Positions 58,607 through 64,000 of a stretch of DNA of 64,000 nucleotides are shown piece by piece; positions within the stretch are counted from its first letter, which is position 1, and each line of letters begins with the position of its first letter. Under the pieces are notes generated by a model. The model was not told where the DNA came from. It ran no database searches and was given only the letters and a program-made list of their open reading frames with translations. Location: assembly GCF_024521635.1 (NCBI RefSeq), contig NW_026250405.1, forward strand, positions 1,116,001 through 1,180,000, read 5' to 3'. Position numbers and translations under genes: made by a program. Source of the stretch: Tricharina praecox. Its lineage: Eukaryota.

Positions 58607-60594
58607 ATGGGCTCCCCCTCCAGACCGATTGCCGCACCCTCCTCCAACGTGGATATACTCTGGCTGGAGCGCCCACGATCTCTCCAAGCGGTCATCAATG
58701 ATACCTCTATTGATAACTCAACAGTCGAAGTTCGTAGCCTCGCAGACTGGGTCCGGATGATGATCAACCTCCCTCGCACGGCGCAAAGGGACCTCCGATC
58801 CCTCTACGTCGCCTGTGACAAAACCTTCGACCACGGGAACCGACGAATGCGAGAAATCGAACAAAACTATGAGGCACTCTATCGCAGTTGCCAGTACCTG
58901 TTCGACCTCCAGAACTCAGACGCAACGGTCCAACAAGAATGGTTGCGCACGGAGCTATCCGCAATCGCGAACGCGGCGCAGGCCTTCAGTAGCAATGTCT
59001 GGGAAATGATCACTGAAAAAACGAACGATGCCACACGGCGAATCTTCATCCAGGAAGAAGCGAATGCACGCATGAAAGACGCGATGGTATTCCTCCAGAC
59101 GGCAGATCTCGAACGCCAACGGGAGCAGGCCCAGTACCGACAAAACCTGGAAAGATGGGCAGCACAGTAGGAAGCGGAGACAGCTCGGCTCGCGTCAGAA
59201 CAGAAGAAACTCGCAGACGCATTAGCCAAAACAAAAAGGGCAACCCGAGAAGTCTCCCTTCGCGGCCGGGCACCCCGCGGCGCTGCACCCCCGTGGGCCC
59301 ACAGGAGCCCGCGAAGATCTGAGTCAACGGACTCTCATCCACCACCTCAGAGTAGTGGCACCGGAGGAGGAGGAGCACCCCCAATCCCCCCGAGACCTCC
59401 AGTAATTCCCCCAGGTGGGCCGCCATCGGACAACGACCCGATGGACGAAGACAACAGGCATTCATCAAGCCCTCCTCCACGCCGACCGAGGGAGACTCGC
59501 GCATCTCCCGAACCTAACGAGACTGACAAACGTCGCTTCGCTAGAGTTCTCTCGGAAGCATTCAGAGCTTCCCAAGAAGAAGTGCAAAAGCTCCGTCTCA
59601 GCAATCCAAAGAGCTTTGACGGGAAGCCTACCACCCCCTTCCGCCCTTGGTGGGACGCGGTGGAAGAATACCTTGACTTCTATCCACGGACCGAGGACCG
59701 CCAGCGCATCGTGTGGATAGGCACATTGCTTACCCATGCGGCACTGGAATGGCACCAGGCACGGCGAAGGACGTTCCGACAACGGGACACCTGGCAAGCG
59801 TACGCAGACGCTATTCAGGAAGAATACCTGGACCCCCGTGAGGCCGGAGAGGCATTGGACAAGATGTGGACCCTTCGTTACAAGGGAGATATCAAATCAT
59901 ACCTCACCTCATTCAGAGCGTTGAATCTCCACGCTCAAGTCACTGGAGAAGCCTTGCAGGACATGATCGATAAAGCCATGCCTGCTGATATCATCGATAT
60001 GCGCTTTGCCCAAAATGCGGGAATCTTTTGAGAAGACGAGCCGTTCCTACACGCGGCCTACGAAGCAGGACGGCACGTGGAGCGCAAGAAGGCGCTGCTG
60101 AAATCAAAAGAGAGGGGTGGATCGGGTGGCCAGAGTTTGAGTGGTAGCTCGAAGGAATCTGGCAAGGGGCTGAAAAGCCAGGGAAAGAAAAGGAGGACCA
60201 CCGGCCGACGGGAGATTCGAGCCGAGGTGGTCAGTCCGGTTCACGGACAGGTAAAGAGGAGGGGATCTGGGATGGGATGAAGGCAGCATTGGATGGGGTC
60301 CCTCAGCAGGAAATAGATGCCCACAAGAAGTCCGGTGGCTGCATGAGATGTGGAAGAGAAGGACACCGAGCGCTTGCCTGCTATGCAGCGAAGACGGTCG
60401 GTAACACCCAACTTCCCCCAGCCCCACGAAAGGTCGCAGGCGCAAACAAGCGAAAGCGCGGCGCAAATGACTCGTCGGAACCACCAAAATCCAAGGCACC
60501 CAAAACCGCTGCAGTGGATATGAGGGACGAGGCCATGAGAGATGCCCCTCCCGTCTGGGCGGAAGGTTCGGACGAGGAGCAGGATTTTTGTTAG
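58607..60594 (+). pseudogene. gag: Long Gag of E7 with stops and frameshifts
   Basis: ORFs 58607-59170, 59441-60031, 60077-60280, 60277-60594; NPKSFDGK..FRPWW; CMRCGREGHRALAC. Confidence 0.88.
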
Positions 60595-63500
60595 GTCAAG
60601 GCACGCCGCAGCCTAAGACCACGATGTATATATGCGGCACATCCAGAAAACGACTGGGCCCCGAACCCGAAAAAAACGAACGGGATAAGCGAAGACGCAC
60701 AACCGCTACGTCCGCGCCCAAGCCAAGAAACGGAAACCGACCGATAGTGGAGATGATGTTACACTGGGGCAACAAACAACAAAGCCGAATCCGAGTGTTA
60801 CTAGACACCGGCTGTTCTACCCCACTCCTGGACTCCTCCCTATCGTTGCGGTTAAAAATTCCCTGGCAGAAGCACGAACAAGCCGTCAGGTTGCGTGGCT
60901 TTACCGGCGAAACCATCAAAGAAAGCGGCCAATATTATACAATGCCCCTTCTCCTCCAACACCGGAACCACTACTCCCAAGAAGTCTTCGAGATGACCTC
61001 CCTCGAACCGGGAGTGGACGCGTTCCTCCCCTACTGGTGGATAGCCAAGCACACCCCACAAGGTGCTTGGGACACCCCCGAACTCCGCTTCAACAGCCCC
61101 TCCTGTTTGAAGAACTGCACCAAGCACACAGCGACGGAGTTTCCCCTAAGCTATGACCTGGAGATTGCAAACAATCCGGACGCTGGGGTAATAGGATACG
61201 TCGCGGCCGTTGAGCTGGCGACGGACCCCTTGGAACAGATACCAGAAGAATTGCGCGACTTTCTTGATATCATGGGAAAAGAAGCCGCAGATGCACTTCC
61301 GGAACACCGCTCCTACGGCCACGAGATCCGGCTCAAGGAAGATACCACACTTCCTTGGGGTCCGATCTATGACCTCTCGGAAGCAGAGCTCGAAACCCTC
61401 CGAGAATGGTTGAAGAACATGCTACGGACCGGAAAGATACGCCGGTCCACCTCCAGCGCAGAAGCCCCCATTCTCTTCGTCCCGAAAGCCCATGGACGTG
61501 GTCTTCGCCTTTGTGTCGACTATCGAGGACTCAACTGCGTCACTATCGCCAATCGATACCCACTCCCACTTATGTCTGAACTACAAGACAGGATCCGTGG
61601 AGCACAGTTCTTCACCAAGATTGACCTGAAGAATGGGTATCACCTGGTACGCATCAAAGAAGGGGACGAGTGGAAGACAGCATTCCGAACACGTTATGGC
61701 CTCTACAAATTTCTCGTTATGCCGTTTGGGCTGTCCAACGCACCTGCTACCTTCCAGGACATGATTAATCATATCTTCCGGGATATGATTGATCTTGTCC
61801 TCGTTGCCTATATTGACGATCTTCTCATCTACGCCTCTACCAGGGCGGAGCATGATGAAATAGTCAAAGAAATCCTGCAACGTCTGACGGCTAACAAACT
61901 TGCCGTATCAGCGGAAAAATGCGAGTGGAGGAAGCATGAGGTCTTATTTCTCGGCTACATAGTGGGCCGAGAAGCAATCAAGATGGCAGGGGACAAATTG
62001 GAAAGTGTGCTTGAGTGGGAAGTACCCCGGTCCCTGCGAGACGTTCAATCCTTTCTGGGCTTTGCTAACTTCTATCGCCGCTTTATCAAGGGCTACGCGA
62101 GGGTCGCGCGCCCGTTGACGGTGTCTACGAAAGGCGATAAGAAGGGTTGGCAATGGACGCCCGAGATGCAGGAATCCTTTGACGATCTGAAGAAACGCTT
62201 CACTACCGCTCCGATACTGGCCCACTTCCAACCCAATGAACCAGTTATCGTTGAAAGAGACGCATCGGATTTTGCCCTCGGTGCCGTCCTATCCCAGAAG
62301 GATGAAGAAGGAAGACTGCACCCTGTTGCCTACTATTCGAGGAAATTCTCTCCCGCAGAAATCAACTTCGAAATCCACGACAAAGAGCTACTTGCCATTG
62401 TCGACGCTTTCAAGCACTGGAGACGATACCTCGAAGGTGCACAGCATCAAGTGCAAGTCTTTAGCGACCACCAGAACCTCGAGTACTTCACAACCACAAA
62501 AGTACTCAATCGACGCCAGGCACGATGGGCACAGGAGCTCGCCGGCATTGATTTCAAGATCTACTACCGACCTGGAAACCAGAATGGAAAACCTGATGCT
62601 CTTTCCCGGCGCCCTGAATACCGCCCTGAAAAAGGGGGGGTGAGGATCAACCAATCACGACGATCCTGCACGACAAACACTCTGCAGGAAAGAACAATGT
62701 CTCTTCAATCAGTACGGCTGGACACGGTACCTCGTTTATGATCTCGTCGGTACGGCTAACCTCTACCCCAACACGGAAATGGTCTTCGGAATTTTTGGAG
62801 TTGGTGCGCGAGAAGGGAGGATCTGACGCTGAGTGGGAGAAAGCTATCAAAAGCGTTGGTGAAGCGGCTTCTGAGGAACAAGAGCCGAATACCGGAAAGG
62901 CTAAGGAGGTAGCGGCACGTGGGAATTCCGTGCCGAATGACTGCAAGGTCAAGGAGGATGCCGTTCGCAGCAGAGACTCTGAACGGATGAGCCGAAAGGC
63001 TAGGATACTGAGTGTGGAAGATGGATGTGTGTACCGGAAGGAGAAGTTGTGGATACCGAACAACAAAGGTCTGATCCAGCAGATCCTGGAGTAAGAACAC
63101 GATACCAAACTCGCCGGCCATATGGGCCAGGGCAAAACGATCGAGTTGATTCGACACAACTTTTGGTGGCCAACAATGGACGAAGCCATCATCGACTTCG
63201 TGTGGGGCTGTCCTGAATGTCAAAAAAACAAGACAGGGCGACACCAAACCTATGGACTCCTAAACCCCCTCGAACTGCCGTACGCTCCATGGCAATCCAT
63301 CGCTATGGACTTCATAACTGATCTACCCGAGTCCGAGGAATGCAACCAACTCTGGGTAGTCATCGACCGATTCATCAAGATGGCGCATTTCATTCCTCTA
63401 CGAAAAGACGACAACACGGCCAGCGACCTCGCGAAGATCTTTGCCCGCGAAATCTGGCGCTTCCACAGCCCACCTCGGATATCGTATCGGACAGATGTTC

Positions 63501-64000
63501 CCGCTTCACGTCGGATACGTGAAAGGAATTTATGAAACTTTTAGGCATCAAGGCAAGGATGTCTACGGCGTTTCACCCCCAAACAGACGGGCAAACAGAA
63601 CGCCTGAACCAGACGATCGAAGCATATCTCCGCTCCTTCGTCAACAAAGACCAAGACGACTGGGTTAGCCTTCTCCCCATGGCTGAGTTTGCCTACAATA
63701 ACTCAGTCACCACGGCTACTAAATTCTCGCCGTTCTACGATCACTACGGAGTCCACCCAACAGCTAGCGGACCTGCTGCGACGGACCCCCTCAACCCCGT
63801 CAGCACGGTCTATGCGCACTAGATGCAGAGTGTGCACAAGGAGACCATCAAGTGTCTTGAGCAAACACAGGAACGCATGCGCCGCTACGCCGACTAACGC
63901 CGCCAAGAGGCCCCCGCTTATCAGGTAGGAGACCTGGTAATGCTCAGCGGACGGAACATACAAACCCGTCGCCCCTTGAGGAAACTGGACCACAAAAATC
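60582..64000 (+). pseudogene. pol: Pol of E7 (PR-RT-RH-IN), disrupted, partial
   Basis: LLDTG, YIDD, DASDFALGAVL, STAFHPQTDGQTER; frameshift near 62640; stops near 63094, 63822 and 63897. Confidence 0.92.

Larger units (their letters stand above)
57819..64000 (+). mobile_element. E7: family-C Ty3/gypsy element, degenerate; runs off the right edge
   Basis: 5' LTR 57819-58555 (737 bp), gag 58607-60594, pol from about 60582. Confidence 0.95.

Overview
Eukaryotic DNA from a filamentous fungus, inferred from short GT-AG introns with CTAAC/GCTGAC branch sites and fungal-type elements. Positions 1-13.7 kb hold a partial Ser/Pro-rich gene, a decayed NACHT-ankyrin (NLR-like) pseudogene, an intact 5-exon stand-alone adenylation-domain gene (7681-9544) and a pyrimidine-rich cryptic repeat. 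Positions 13.77-64 kb are a continuous, deeply nested cluster of Ty3/gypsy chromoviruses. I label them family A (LTR TGTCAC...GTTACA; subfamily A1 about 510 bp, A2 about 559 bp), family B (about 690-bp LTR) and family C (about 737-bp LTR); B and C share TGTGACACCC...CCAGTCTCACA termini. Main observations: (1) a non-coding mini LTR element (TRIM-like, about 407 bp if intact) with 110-bp LTRs and an apparent self-priming site; (2) a 23.6-kb head-to-tail array of four family-A internal domains sharing five LTRs, with mixed subfamilies; (3) Tf1-type self-priming complementarity instead of tRNA primer sites in all families; (4) -1 frameshift signals, including a pseudoknot with compensatory changes between B and C; (5) CpG-biased decay without classical RIP. 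All coordinates were read by eye and could be off by a few bases. No database searches were run, so novelty is unverified.
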